Positions 26,348 through 36,088 of a DNA stretch of 64,000 bases are shown here, in pieces (position 1 is the stretch's first letter; every line of letters begins with the position of its first letter). The DNA is taken from the NCBI GenBank assembly GCA_017435905.1, contig JAFSEB010000040.1, forward strand, positions 3,796 to 67,795, given 5' to 3'. The translations under genes and the position numbers were made by a program. The DNA is from Clostridia bacterium (GTDB taxonomy: Bacteria; Bacillota; Clostridia; Christensenellales; CAG-138). Under the pieces are notes generated by a model, which searched no databases, was not told the origin of the DNA, and saw nothing but the letters and a program-made list of their open reading frames with translations.

Positions 26348-27472
26348 ATGGCAGATAAAGCATTCGGCCTCATCTACACCGGCAGTTCCAATATGCAGCT
26401 TCGGGAATTGACCTACTCCCGCTCCGTGGCGGCGGTGCCCTTTGCCGGCCGCTACCGCTGTGTGGACTTCATCCTCTCGAACCTTGTGAACACGGGCATC
26501 ACCAACGTGGGCATCATCACCCAGAAAAACTACCATTCCCTGATGGATCACCTGGAATCCGGCAAGGAATGGGATCTGCACCGCAAGCGTGACGGTCTTT
26601 TCATCCTGCCGCCCTTTGTGACAAGGGACAATACCGGCCTTTACCGGGGCACGGTGGATGCACTCCGCTCCGTGCTCGGCTACATCCGCCGCAGCGCACA
26701 GCGCTATGTGATCCTCACCGGCAGCCACACCATTTTCAACACCACCTTTGATGACATGCTGCAGCAGCACATTATGACCGGTGCGGATATCACCGTGATG
26801 TACAACGAGGAGAATTCCCTCAACACGGATGAACAGTATGACGACCTGCGCCTTACCATGCAGCAGAACGGCCGTGTGATCGACCTTGAATACAACCCCT
26901 ACCGCACGGAAAGCCGCTGCCGCAGCTGCGATGTGTTCATCATGGAAAAAACGCTGCTGGAGTACCTCATTGAGGAAGCGGCAGCCCACGACCTTCTTGA
27001 CTTCACAAGGGATATCCTCCTTAAGAAGGTGAACGATCTGAAGATCTACGGCTGGCGTTACGGCGGCTATGTGGCAAGGCTTGAATCCCTGAGCGAATTC
27101 TTCCGCTACAACATGGCGGTGCTCGAGCGCCCCGTCAGGGAGGATCTTTTCAATCCCGAGCATCCCATCTACACCAAGGTCAAGGACGAAGCGCCTGCCC
27201 GTTACGGCATCGATGCTTCCGTGAAAAACAGCCTTGTGGCGGACGGCTGCCTTGTGGAAGGCACCGTGGAAAACAGCATCCTGTTCCGGGGTGTGCATGT
27301 AGCGAAGGGCGCTGCGGTGAAAAACTGCATCCTCATGCAGGCCACCGAGGTGCAGAGCGGTGCGGAGCTTTCCTATGTGGCGCTTGACAAGGGCGTGCTT
27401 GTCAGGAAGGACCGCCGCCTTGTAGGCTACGAAGGCTTCCCCATCATCATCCGAAAGGGCAGCGTGATCTGA
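26348..27472 (+). CDS. glgD: Glucose-1-phosphate adenylyltransferase regulatory subunit GlgD
   Basis: It is a paralog of glgC lacking the GGxGxRL motif (starts FGLIYTGSS...). The position between glgC and glgA is typical of Firmicutes. Confidence 0.85.
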   Translation: MADKAFGLIYTGSSNMQLRELTYSRSVAAVPFAGRYRCVDFILSNLVNTGITNVGIITQKNYHSLMDHLESGKEWDLHRKRDGLFILPPFVTRDNTGLYRGTVDALRSVLGYIRRSAQRYVILTGSHTIFNTTFDDMLQQHIMTGADITVMYNEENSLNTDEQYDDLRLTMQQNGRVIDLEYNPYRTESRCRSCDVFIMEKTLLEYLIEEAAAHDLLDFTRDILLKKVNDLKIYGWRYGGYVARLESLSEFFRYNMAVLERPVREDLFNPEHPIYTKVKDEAPARYGIDASVKNSLVADGCLVEGTVENSILFRGVHVAKGAAVKNCILMQATEVQSGAELSYVALDKGVLVRKDRRLVGYEGFPIIIRKGSVI

Positions 27473-27534
27473 ACAGAACAGAACAAACAGGAAGCGGCAG
27501 GCGTTTTCGCCTGCCGCAAACGGAAAGGAAACCT

Positions 27535-29001
27535 ATGACGAAAAAACGTGATCTGCCCCACATGCGTGTGCTGTTTGCGGCATCCGAATGCCTGCCCTTC
27601 ATCAAGACCGGCGGCCTTGCGGATGTGGCCGGTGCGCTGCCGAAGCAGCTTAACAAAAACGGCACCGATGCAAGGGTAGTGCTGCCCCTTTACAGGCGTG
27701 TTTGGGAAAAATGGGGCGAGCGCATGGAGCGCCTTTGCGAATTTCCCGTGCAGCTTGGCTGGCGCTGCCAGCCCTGTGCGGTATATACCCTGACAAGGGA
27801 AGGCGTGACATATTATTTCCTTGAAAACGAATACTATTTTGGCCGGGATTATATCTACGGCAATTTCGATAGCGAAGAGGCGGAGCGCTTCGGCTTCTTC
27901 TCCAAGGCGATCCTTGAAATGATGCCCCGCATCGGCTTTGTGCCGGAGGTGCTGCACCTGAACGACTGGCAGTGCGCCATGTGTGCGCCGCTTCTGAAGC
28001 TGCAGTATGCAAAGGATCCTGCCTACAGCCGCACAAGGGTGCTGATGACCATTCACAACCTGAAATTTCAGGGCGTGTTTGACCGCGGCTTTACGGAGGA
28101 ACTGCTTTCCCTTGGCAGCGCCGCCTTCGATCACCGCTGCCTTGAGTTTTACGGCGCCGTGAATTACCTCAAGGGCGGCATCGTGTATGCGGACAGGGTC
28201 AGCACCGTGAGCCCCACCTATGCAAGGGAGATATTGACCCCCTATTACGGCGAGCGGCTTGACGGCGTTCTTCGGGAGCGTGAAAATGCCCTTACCGGCC
28301 TTCTGAACGGCATCGATGCGGATTTATTCGATCCGGAAACGGATCCTGCCCTTGCGGCAAACTACAGCATCGGCGATATGGCGGGCAAAGCCCTCTGCAA
28401 GGAGGCGCTTCTTAAGGAGTTCGGCCTCAGCGTATCGGCGGAGACTCCCGTTGCCGCCGTGGTCACAAGGCTTACCGACCAGAAGGGTCTTGACCTTATT
28501 GCCCATGTGCTCGACGAGATGATGTGCCTTGATATGGCACTTGTGGTGCTCGGCACCGGCGAAAAGCGGTATGAGGAAATGTTCGCCCGGGCGGCGGAAC
28601 GCTATCGGGGGCGTGTGGGCGTGCGCCTTGCCTACGATGAAGCCCTTTCCCACCGCATCTACGCAGGCGCAGACCTGTTCCTGATGCCCTCACGCTTTGA
28701 GCCCTGCGGCCTTTCCCAGCTCATCGCATTGCGCTACGGCGCCGTGCCCGTGGTGAGGGAGACCGGCGGCCTTGCGGACAGCGTGGCGCCCTACAACAAA
28801 TATACCGATACGGGCGTGGGCTTTGCCTTCCTCAACTACAACGCCCATGAGCTTCTTTACACCGTGCAGCATGCGGCAGCCTACTACCACGGCGACAAGG
28901 AAATGTGGGAACGCCTCGTGCGCCGGGGCATGGAAATGGACTATTCCTGGGAAGAAGCATCCGCCCGGTACGAGGACCTTTATGCCCACATGATCTCCTG
29001 A
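27535..29001 (+). CDS. glgA: Glycogen synthase (ADP-glucose type)
   Basis: Motifs are ECLPFIKTGGLADV, HLNDWQ, PSRFEPCGLSQL and RETGGLADSV. Confidence 0.95.
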   Translation: MTKKRDLPHMRVLFAASECLPFIKTGGLADVAGALPKQLNKNGTDARVVLPLYRRVWEKWGERMERLCEFPVQLGWRCQPCAVYTLTREGVTYYFLENEYYFGRDYIYGNFDSEEAERFGFFSKAILEMMPRIGFVPEVLHLNDWQCAMCAPLLKLQYAKDPAYSRTRVLMTIHNLKFQGVFDRGFTEELLSLGSAAFDHRCLEFYGAVNYLKGGIVYADRVSTVSPTYAREILTPYYGERLDGVLRERENALTGLLNGIDADLFDPETDPALAANYSIGDMAGKALCKEALLKEFGLSVSAETPVAAVVTRLTDQKGLDLIAHVLDEMMCLDMALVVLGTGEKRYEEMFARAAERYRGRVGVRLAYDEALSHRIYAGADLFLMPSRFEPCGLSQLIALRYGAVPVVRETGGLADSVAPYNKYTDTGVGFAFLNYNAHELLYTVQHAAAYYHGDKEMWERLVRRGMEMDYSWEEASARYEDLYAHMIS

Positions 29002-29131
29002 AACGGGGAGAACAGATGCAGCATTTCCCCGAAACTTGCCCGTTGAAAGGGAAAAAAGAATGTGATACAATGCCCACAGCGCAAAATATGCGCTGCACAA
29101 AAGAAAAAAACCATAACGGAGGAAATAACAA

Positions 29132-29329
29132 ATGATCAACAAGCATATGACCATCGAGCAGGTTCTTCGCACCGATATCGGCACCGCAGAAGTTTTCATG
29201 GAGTGCGGCATGCATTGCCTCGGCTGCGTGATGGCGAAGGGTGAAGACCTTGAGCAGGCTTGCGCCGTGCACGGCATCGATGCGGATGTTCTTGTCGCCA
29301 AGCTCAACGAGTACATTGAAAACAAATAA
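29132..29329 (+). CDS. DUF1858-type small redox/disulfide domain protein
   Basis: 65 aa with ...VFMECGMHCLGCVMAKGEDLEQAC..., the CxxC-containing DUF1858 pattern. RBS ACGGAGG. Confidence 0.6.
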   Translation: MINKHMTIEQVLRTDIGTAEVFMECGMHCLGCVMAKGEDLEQACAVHGIDADVLVAKLNEYIENK

Positions 29330-29827
29330 ATGAAGCGCCGCTTCCATACGAAACAGCTTGTGCAAAGCGCCCTGATCGGGGCGCTTTATGCCGTTGTGAC
29401 CATGATCTGTGCGCCCATCAGCTTCTCGTTCGTGCAGGTGCGCATATCGGAAGCGCTGACGGTGCTGCCCTATGTGACGCCCGTGGGCGTGCCGGGGCTT
29501 TTCGTCGGCTGCCTTGCCGCCAACTTCATCTGCGGCGCTCCCCTTTACGATGTGATCTTCGGCAGCCTTGCAACGCTGATCGGTGCGCTGCTCACCTACC
29601 TTGTCAGGCGGCAGGGGCTGTCCAAGTGGCTGGCGCCCATGCCCCCCGTTATCGTGAATGCGCTCATTGTGGGTGCGCTGATGAAATACGTCTACATGCC
29701 CGGCGAGATCGGCTTCCTTGCAGCCGCCGCCTATGTGGCATTGGGGCAGCTCATCGCCTGCTACGGGCTTGGCATGCCGCTGCTGGCGCTGGTGGAAAAG
29801 TATAAAGACAGGCTTTTTAAAGCGTAA
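29330..29827 (+). CDS. queT: QueT-family queuosine-precursor transporter
   Basis: 165-aa multi-TM protein with LVQSALIGALYAVVTMICAPISFSFVQVRISEALTVLPY, typical of QueT. Confidence 0.7.
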   Translation: MKRRFHTKQLVQSALIGALYAVVTMICAPISFSFVQVRISEALTVLPYVTPVGVPGLFVGCLAANFICGAPLYDVIFGSLATLIGALLTYLVRRQGLSKWLAPMPPVIVNALIVGALMKYVYMPGEIGFLAAAAYVALGQLIACYGLGMPLLALVEKYKDRLFKA

Positions 29828-29828
29828 G

Positions 29829-29867
29829 AAAAACCGCTCCCGAAGGAGCGGTGCGCATAAAACAGTT
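29829..29867 (-). repeat. Copy L1 of a ~40-nt hairpin-containing repeat family (left boundary of AT-rich islet 1)
   Basis: AAAAA-CCGCTCC-CGAA-GGAGCGG-TGCGCA-TAAAACAGTT. Its reverse complement matches 30694-30734. A perfect 12-bp hairpin follows at 29868-29897. Confidence 0.7.
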
Positions 29868-29975
29868 AACAGGCACAGCAAAACAGCTGTGCCTGTTCTT
29901 GTATATCCGTATCAATTATGATACTATAAAAGCAGTTCAATAAATGCGAATTCTGTGAACGGATTATATCACACC

Positions 29976-30554
29976 ATGATTGCAGAATTGAGAGGTGCTT
30001 TTGTGCGGCGGAAAACAGACCGGTACACAGTTAAAGTAAGTCGCTGGCTCATTATTCTTGCCTCCCTGTGCGTTTTATTTGGCGTTTTCTGCGTCGTGCT
30101 TCCTCATATTGCACCCCGCGTTAGTTATGATTCATTACAGATGAAGGAAGTAACGATCAGCAAATTCAAACATCACTATGGCGGCAGAACCGGTGCCAGC
30201 TACGACTACATTCGCACAACGGATGGCGAAAAATTCAACCTTTCGGGCGACTATCAGCGAGAACAGCTGCAGGAATTGCTGACAGAAGGTAAAACAGCAA
30301 CCGTTAAATGGTATAAGAACGAACCATTTTGGACGCTCCTTGTAGAGGAAATGTATGTTGACGGAGAACGAGTTGTAACATACGATAACGATAAACCTAT
30401 CTCTTGGAAGCCTCCGTTGATTGTCGGTTCTTGCTACATTGTGCTTGGAATAGGCTGCTTTTTATGTTTTTTGTTATTTATGAAAACAAATAGAAAAAGA
30501 CGGAAAAAACGCGATAAGAAAACACAACGAAATTACGGAAATAAAGCAGAATAA
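29976..30554 (+). CDS. Hypothetical two-TM membrane protein (AT-rich islet 1)
   Basis: The ORF is open over 29955-30554. The start is uncertain: GTG 29955, ATG 29976, or GTG 30003, which has GAGAGGTG 5 nt upstream. TM helices are WLIILASLCVLFGVFCVVL and LIVGSCYIVLGIGCFLCFLLF, with a K/R-rich tail. GC is clearly lower than in the flanks. Confidence 0.55.
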   Translation: MIAELRGAFVRRKTDRYTVKVSRWLIILASLCVLFGVFCVVLPHIAPRVSYDSLQMKEVTISKFKHHYGGRTGASYDYIRTTDGEKFNLSGDYQREQLQELLTEGKTATVKWYKNEPFWTLLVEEMYVDGERVVTYDNDKPISWKPPLIVGSCYIVLGIGCFLCFLLFMKTNRKRRKKRDKKTQRNYGNKAE

Positions 30555-30693
30555 ACCTGTTCGAGCATTTTCCGTTTATTGGACAGTAAGGGCGCACTTC
30601 CACACACCGGTCGATGTAATACGTAATATGCAGGTTTACACCGCGCGATTGCAAAATAAAAAACCTCCCTATGAAAATCTCATAGGGAGGTTT

Positions 30694-30734
30694 AACTGTT
30701 TTACAAACACCCGCTCCAAAGGAGCGGTTTTTTT
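30694..30734 (+). repeat. Copy R1 of the repeat family (right boundary of islet 1). It also has the form of a rho-independent terminator.
   Basis: AACTGTTTTA-CAAACA-CCCGCTCC-AAA-GGAGCGG-TTTTTTT. It is preceded by a perfect 11-bp hairpin at 30664-30690. Confidence 0.7.
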
Positions 30735-30743
30735 ATATGCTGT

Positions 30744-31544
30744 TTACACCGTCAGCGTGAAGCCCACGCCCACTTCTTTCACATCAAAATGCTGCGCAAG
30801 CATGGTCTTCACCGCAAGGGAAGTGCAGTGGCAGGGGTACAGCGTTTTAACGCCGAGGGCAAGAAGCCGCTCCGTGACGAAAGCCGCCTGCTCATTGCAA
30901 TCGAAAAGATGCAGACCGCCGAGGATGCCGGCAATGCGGCTTTCCCCCGTCAGGGCGCTGGCGTACTGCACCATGTTGCAGATGCCTGCGTGGGAACAGC
31001 CTGTGAGGATGAACAGCCCATCCGCCGTGGTAATGGCAAGGGCGGTATCGTCAAGAAGAAAGTCCGGTTCAAAGACGCCGCAGCGGTCGGTCTCGCCCAC
31101 CGCAGGCGCTTCAAGAGGATTCACCCGGGGGATCTCCCCAAGGAAAAGCACATTCGGTGCGATCTCCTTCGGCACGTTGGAAAGGCACAGCTTTGCATGG
31201 CAGGGCAGGGCGGCAGGGTCGAAGGGAATGCCCACATCAAGCCCGTCGCAGCGCTTTTTGAGCAGCGCATCCGGGTGAAGGTGGATGTTCACATTCCCGG
31301 GGTGGGCGGCAAGGAAGGGAAGAAGACCGCCGGTGTGGTCGTTGTGCCCGTGGGAGATGACTACATCCGTCACCTTGGAAAGGTCTATGCCCATCCTGCC
31401 TGCGTTTTCAAGGGTCACGGCGGAATAGCCCGTGTCGAGCAGGATGCTCTTTTCCCCGGTGTTGAGCAGGTAGGCTGCCGCCGGCTCGCCAAGGTAATAT
31501 TGGTCGATATAGGTATAGTTGTCCATCAAAACGGTGATCTTCAT
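30744..31544 (-). CDS. MBL-fold metallo-hydrolase
   Basis: 266 aa with the ISHGHNDHTGG (HxHxDH) motif. Confidence 0.8.
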   Translation of the reverse strand: MKITVLMDNYTYIDQYYLGEPAAAYLLNTGEKSILLDTGYSAVTLENAGRMGIDLSKVTDVVISHGHNDHTGGLLPFLAAHPGNVNIHLHPDALLKKRCDGLDVGIPFDPAALPCHAKLCLSNVPKEIAPNVLFLGEIPRVNPLEAPAVGETDRCGVFEPDFLLDDTALAITTADGLFILTGCSHAGICNMVQYASALTGESRIAGILGGLHLFDCNEQAAFVTERLLALGVKTLYPCHCTSLAVKTMLAQHFDVKEVGVGFTLTV

Positions 31545-31547
31545 CCG

Positions 31548-32747
31548 TTACCTCGTTTTTTCAAAGGGTCTTGTGCCGTCAAGAAGCCGCAGCGTCATAT
31601 CGAAAAGATACTGCACGCCGTAGGGCAGCGCTTCCTGATCAAGCTTGTATTTGGCGTTGTGGTGGGGCATATCGCAGCCCTTTTCCGGCGCACGGGAACC
31701 AAGCTCCACAAAGAAGCCCGGCCGCCCTTCGAGGAAGGCGTAGAAATCCTCGCCGGGCATGATGGGGTCGATGCGGTCGATGTGCGCCTCGCCGAAACGG
31801 GAAAGGAGCGTATCCTCCGCAAGGGCGTAAAGTGCGGCATCGTTGAAAACGGAGGCATAGCCCGCATCCCAAATATAATCATAGCCTGCGCCGGCACTCA
31901 TGCACACGCCGGCGGTGATCTCGCCGATCAGCCGCTCGATCTTCTTCCTTGTTTCCGGGGAGAAGGAGCGCACCGCACCCGTCAGCGTCATTTCATTGGG
32001 CAGGATGTTGTAGGCGGTGCCGGCGTTTGCCATGCACACGGATACGATGACGGGATCGTTCGCCGCCACACGGCGGGAGGAGATGGTCTGCAGGGCAAGG
32101 ATAAGCTGCGCTGCGGTGACGATCACATCGGTGCCCTGTTCCGGGAAGGAGCAGTGGGCGCCCTTGCCTTTAACGGTGATGTCGAACCTGTCCACGGCGG
32201 CGGTCAGCACGCCGCTGCGGATGCCGAACACGCCGGTATCCCAGTTGGTGGAAAGGTGCAGCCCCAGCATGGCATCCACGCCCTCCGCTGCGCCGGCACG
32301 CACCATTTCCACGGCACCGCCCGGGGGCAGCTCCTCCGCATGCTGGAAAAAGAGCCGTGCTTCGCCGGAAAAGGCGGAGCGGTTTTCGCTCAAAAGCTTT
32401 GCAAGCCCAAGCAGGATGGCGGTATGCCCATCGTGACCGCAGGCGTGCATCACGCCCGGGTTTTTCGAGCGGTAGGGAAGATCCGTTTCCTCCTGAATGG
32501 GCAGGGCATCGATATCCCCACGGATACCGATGACCGCCTGCTTGCCCTGCTTTTCGCCGAAAATATGCGCTACAAGTCCCGTTTTCGTGGGGCGGCTGAT
32601 GCGGACGCCTTCCATGGCGGAAAGGGCTTTTTCAAGGTAGGCGGTGGTGCTGAACTCCGCAAAGGAAAGTTCCGGGTTTTCGTGCAGGTGCTCCTGCCAT
32701 GCAAAAAGCTGCGGCCTGAGCGCATCGGTGCGGTGGTCAAAGGGCAT
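31548..32747 (-). CDS. M20D-family amidohydrolase (second copy in the window)
   Basis: 399 aa with HACGHDGH, FFQHAEE and GKGAHCSFP, the same architecture as 605-1780. Confidence 0.85.
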   Translation of the reverse strand: MPFDHRTDALRPQLFAWQEHLHENPELSFAEFSTTAYLEKALSAMEGVRISRPTKTGLVAHIFGEKQGKQAVIGIRGDIDALPIQEETDLPYRSKNPGVMHACGHDGHTAILLGLAKLLSENRSAFSGEARLFFQHAEELPPGGAVEMVRAGAAEGVDAMLGLHLSTNWDTGVFGIRSGVLTAAVDRFDITVKGKGAHCSFPEQGTDVIVTAAQLILALQTISSRRVAANDPVIVSVCMANAGTAYNILPNEMTLTGAVRSFSPETRKKIERLIGEITAGVCMSAGAGYDYIWDAGYASVFNDAALYALAEDTLLSRFGEAHIDRIDPIMPGEDFYAFLEGRPGFFVELGSRAPEKGCDMPHHNAKYKLDQEALPYGVQYLFDMTLRLLDGTRPFEKTR

Positions 32748-32765
32748 GGGGAAAACTCCTTCCGG

Positions 32766-34310
32766 TTATTTTCGGGGAAGATCCTGATACAGTTCGCCGG
32801 GCAGCTTTTCGCTGTCCGCCGTTTTGCGGTTAAGCCCAAGGCTGTTGGCAATGCCGAGAAGCTCGGCGTGCAGCGTTTCGACCGCTGCATCGATGGCTTC
32901 GTGGTCAAGGGGTACGTCTGTGGAAACGCCTGCCTCACGGGTGATGAGGGGAATCAGGGCGCTGAGCGCTTCTTCGGCGGTATCACGCTGCTTTTTGAGG
33001 GTCTCCGCTTCCGGCGTAAATGCGCCGAGGCGGAAAAGCTCCGTTTCCGCAAGGGAAAGGATGTATTCTGCGCCGCTCACATAGTGTGAAGCGGTCAATG
33101 CGGATTTTTCGCCCTTCACATGGGCGATATCCGCCGTGGGATCGGGGACAATGGTGGTGCGGAATACCTTTTCGATGAGCGCCACCAGCTTTTCGTTATT
33201 GAGCACATAATAGCTTGCACCGCCGTAGGAGGTATTGCTCACATATTCGCCCTTGAGGGTATGGCGGTTGAGGGTATCCTCGGTAAGGTTCATGCCCAGC
33301 ACGCCCAGGGCGGCGATCTGCTCTGCAGTCAGATTCGTTACCACATAGTCTTTCACGGAATTGTAGACCGCAACCAGATTTTTGAGCTGGTCACGGGATT
33401 TCAGCTGCTCGAACACCGTGAACAGGATGCGCTGCTGCCTGTCGGCACGTCCCACATCCGTGCTGATGCCCTTTCGCGCACGGCAGTAGTCGAGCACCTG
33501 CTGCCCGTCAAGGTGCTGGTAGCCCGTTTCAAGGATGCGCCCGTTGAGCTCAATGCGCACATCCACATCGTACCAAATGCCGCCCATGGCATCCACCACC
33601 GCCTTGAGACCGGTCATGTTCACGCCGGCATAGTAATCGATGGGAATGCCGCCAAGGAGCTTCGATACGCTTTCCATGGCATACGCAAAGCCCTTGCCTT
33701 CTGCGCTGCCGCCCTTTGCAAAGGCGGCGTTGATCTTCCAGTGACCGTTGCCGTAGACCTCGCCGGTATCGGTATATACCCTTGAGAAGGTATCACGGGG
33801 AATGGAGATCAGGTCAGCCTTTTCCCGCTTGAAGTCCACCGTCAGAAGCATGAGCACGTCGCTGCGGAAGTTGTTCTTTTCATCCCGGTAATAGCCGCTG
33901 TCCTTATCGTTGCGCTCCGGGCTTTCATCCCAGCCCAGCATCAGGATGTTCACCCTGTTTTTCATGAAGGAAAGGTCGGCAAGCTCCTGCGGCGTGTAGG
34001 TGGGCGCAGGTGCAGGTGTGGGAGTCGGCTCCGGCGTAGGCGAGGGCGTGGGCGACGGCGAAGCCGTGGGTGCGGCAGTCGGCGAAGGCGTGGGCGCAGG
34101 CGTCGGTGCAGGCGTCGGTTCCGCCGTGGGTGTGGGCGCCGCTGTGGGCACGGGCGTGGGCTGCCCGGGGAATGCGCTCATGGGGTCCACGAACATCACG
34201 TAGAGAAAGCGTGCGGCAACGCCCGCCAGCGCAAGAAGCGCTGCGGCGATGAGTGCAATGCAGATCTTTTGTGCCCGGGAAAGGGGCTTTTTTTCTTTTT
34301 TTCCGTCCAT
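32766..34310 (-). CDS. LytR-CpsA-Psr (LCP) family protein
   Basis: Start ATG 34310 (MDGKKEKK), a TM helix, a P/T-rich linker, then NILMLGWDE...[10 protein letters not shown]...ISIPRDT. The longer ORF to 34706 is an artefact. Confidence 0.85.
   Translation of the reverse strand: MDGKKEKKPLSRAQKICIALIAAALLALAGVAARFLYVMFVDPMSAFPGQPTPVPTAAPTPTAEPTPAPTPAPTPSPTAAPTASPSPTPSPTPEPTPTPAPAPTYTPQELADLSFMKNRVNILMLGWDESPERNDKDSGYYRDEKNNFRSDVLMLLTVDFKREKADLISIPRDTFSRVYTDTGEVYGNGHWKINAAFAKGGSAEGKGFAYAMESVSKLLGGIPIDYYAGVNMTGLKAVVDAMGGIWYDVDVRIELNGRILETGYQHLDGQQVLDYCRARKGISTDVGRADRQQRILFTVFEQLKSRDQLKNLVAVYNSVKDYVVTNLTAEQIAALGVLGMNLTEDTLNRHTLKGEYVSNTSYGGASYYVLNNEKLVALIEKVFRTTIVPDPTADIAHVKGEKSALTASHYVSGAEYILSLAETELFRLGAFTPEAETLKKQRDTAEEALSALIPLITREAGVSTDVPLDHEAIDAAVETLHAELLGIANSLGLNRKTADSEKLPGELYQDLPRK
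33990..34160 (-). repeat. Low-complexity Pro/Thr/Ala-rich linker coding region in the LCP gene
   Basis: Encodes [57 protein letters not shown]. Confidence 0.7.
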
Positions 34311-34390
34311 AAAACCAGTATACCACAGATGAGACCCTTTCGTATGTGGAAAAGAAAAACAAACAGGAAATAATTGCAGATTTGCGAAAC

Positions 34391-34420
34391 AAAAAAGCCG
34401 CACGGCGGTGCCGTGCGGCT
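34391..34420 (-). terminator. Terminator after the APC permease gene
   Basis: On the + strand AAAAA precedes AGCCGCACGG-CGGTG-CCGTGCGGCT, giving a T run after the hairpin on the - strand. Confidence 0.55.
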
Positions 34421-34435
34421 TTGGTGATTCTTTGA

Positions 34436-35791
34436 TCAGATCTTCTGCTCCTTGCGGAAGAAGAAGCCGATGACCATGAAGATGACGAAGGCCACAAGGT
34501 AGGATACCACGGTGGCGCTGTGGGCGAAGATGGCTGCCACTACCATGAAGATGCTGCCGAGGGCGGCAAGGGGGAAGGCTCCGAAACGCTGCAGCTTGGA
34601 AAGGGACTGTTCCTTCTTCATGGCGATGAAGAAGATGGGCAGGTAAGCCGCATAAATGGTGATGATGGGCAGCTCGGAGGAATCGAACCTGAAGAAGCCG
34701 AACCAACCGGAAGTCAGCTGGGAGCCGTAGAAGTACAGCAGCCAGAAGGCGCAGAAGAACAGGCCGAGAACCGCGCTGTTGGTGGGCATATCCGTGGTGG
34801 GATCCACCTGGGAGAATACCTTCGGGGCAGGGCCGCGGCCGCGGACGGCAATGGCATACATACCGCGGCTGGTGCCGAGCATGAGGCCGTTGAGGGTGCC
34901 AAGGCAGGAGATGACCACCAGCACGGAAAGGACGGTGCCGCCAACCCTGGAGAAGAGGGTTTCGAAGGCAACACGTACGCCGGCTTCGCCGCTTTCCATC
35001 AGGACGGCGTTGGTCACGGTGCCGGAAAGGCCGATGTAGTAGAGAATATAGGTGGCAGCCACGATGAGGGTACCGATGACGAGGGCGCGGGGCAGGTTCT
35101 TCTTGGCATCCTTCAGCTCCGCATTAATGCTCGTGGCGATGATCCAGCCTTCAAATGCAAAGGCGGTGGCCACCACGGCGGTGAAAAGCGCCATGCCCGG
35201 GTTCTTGGAAGGATCCACAACGGTGGTGAAGTTTTCAACGGTCATGCCGTTCACAAGGCCCACAATGATGCCCACAACTGCCATCAGCGCAAGGGGGACC
35301 ATCTTGATGACGGTGGTGGAAACCTGGAACTTACCCGCAAGGATGGGGGAGATGGTGTTGAGCACATAGCTGGCAATGAGGAAGAAGCCCGCAATGGTCA
35401 GGCACTCTGCGCCGGTGACGGAGAAGCCCAGCAGCACGCAGAGATAGCGGGAGCTGACCCATGCAAGCACGCTGGTCATGGAGGGGTAATACATGGTGGC
35501 AAGGAACCAGCCCACATAGTAGGCGTAGTTTTTGCCGACGATGGCTTCCGAATAGTCCACAATGCCGTTCACACGCTCATAGCGGGTGGCAAGGAGGGAG
35601 AACGCATAGGCACAGGCCACCATGATGGCGGCACCCACGCACCATGCGAGGATGCCGAGGGGCAGGTTGCCGCCGGTTTCGTTGAGGATCTTTTCCGCTT
35701 TGAAAAAGACGCCGCTGCCGATGACGATGCCTACGACCATGCAGATGGCAGTAAACAAGCCATACTTTTTGTGCAATCCGTTGTTGCTCAT
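34436..35791 (-). CDS. APC-superfamily amino-acid permease
   Basis: 451 aa, about 12 TM helices, with an N-terminal [22 protein letters not shown] motif. Confidence 0.85.
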   Translation of the reverse strand: MSNNGLHKKYGLFTAICMVVGIVIGSGVFFKAEKILNETGGNLPLGILAWCVGAAIMVACAYAFSLLATRYERVNGIVDYSEAIVGKNYAYYVGWFLATMYYPSMTSVLAWVSSRYLCVLLGFSVTGAECLTIAGFFLIASYVLNTISPILAGKFQVSTTVIKMVPLALMAVVGIIVGLVNGMTVENFTTVVDPSKNPGMALFTAVVATAFAFEGWIIATSINAELKDAKKNLPRALVIGTLIVAATYILYYIGLSGTVTNAVLMESGEAGVRVAFETLFSRVGGTVLSVLVVISCLGTLNGLMLGTSRGMYAIAVRGRGPAPKVFSQVDPTTDMPTNSAVLGLFFCAFWLLYFYGSQLTSGWFGFFRFDSSELPIITIYAAYLPIFFIAMKKEQSLSKLQRFGAFPLAALGSIFMVVAAIFAHSATVVSYLVAFVIFMVIGFFFRKEQKI

Positions 35792-35925
35792 TTGATGAAT
35801 GCTCCGTTTCTTTGGTGTTATTTTAATTTAAAAAATTGAGATAATTATTGCGCAGCCGGGTATTTCTTCCATAGGGAAGGGGCGGCAGCGCATCACATAA
35901 GATAATATATAAAATGTGACGAAAA

Positions 35926-35954
35926 CAGCATACCTTAACTGCACCTTTCTGTCA
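35926..35954 (-). promoter_or_regulatory. Candidate promoter of the permease gene
   Basis: The - strand reads TTGACA, a 17-nt spacer, then TATGCT. This leaves a ~125-nt leader with two hairpins. Confidence 0.4.
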
Positions 35955-36088
35955 ACTTTTTTGGTCAAAAATATGAAAATATTATGAAAAGCGAGACTCC
36001 TCCCTGTGACGAAGCTCCACAAAAGTGACGGAACATGATATACTATGATATTAAGGTAAAAAACAGGTAAACACACAAGAGGGACTCT

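Noticed and set aside
23848-27298. 489-aa and 682-aa - strand ORFs across glgB, glgC and glgD
   Set aside because: They are shadows of the glycogen operon, with no RBS or motifs.
29002-29131. preQ1 riboswitch upstream of the DUF1858-queT pair
   Set aside because: The hairpin CAGCGC-AAAATAT-GCGCTG plus an A-rich tail looked superficially like preQ1-I. However, the loop lacks the conserved residues, and there is no loop-tail pseudoknot complementarity.
30789-33089. 766-aa + strand ORF across the MBL, M20D and LCP genes
   Set aside because: It is antisense to three well-supported - strand genes, and its translation is Gly/His/Arg-rich.
34520-35839. 439-aa + strand ORF opposite the APC permease
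   Set aside because: It is a shadow ORF. The - frame encodes a convincing 12-TM permease.
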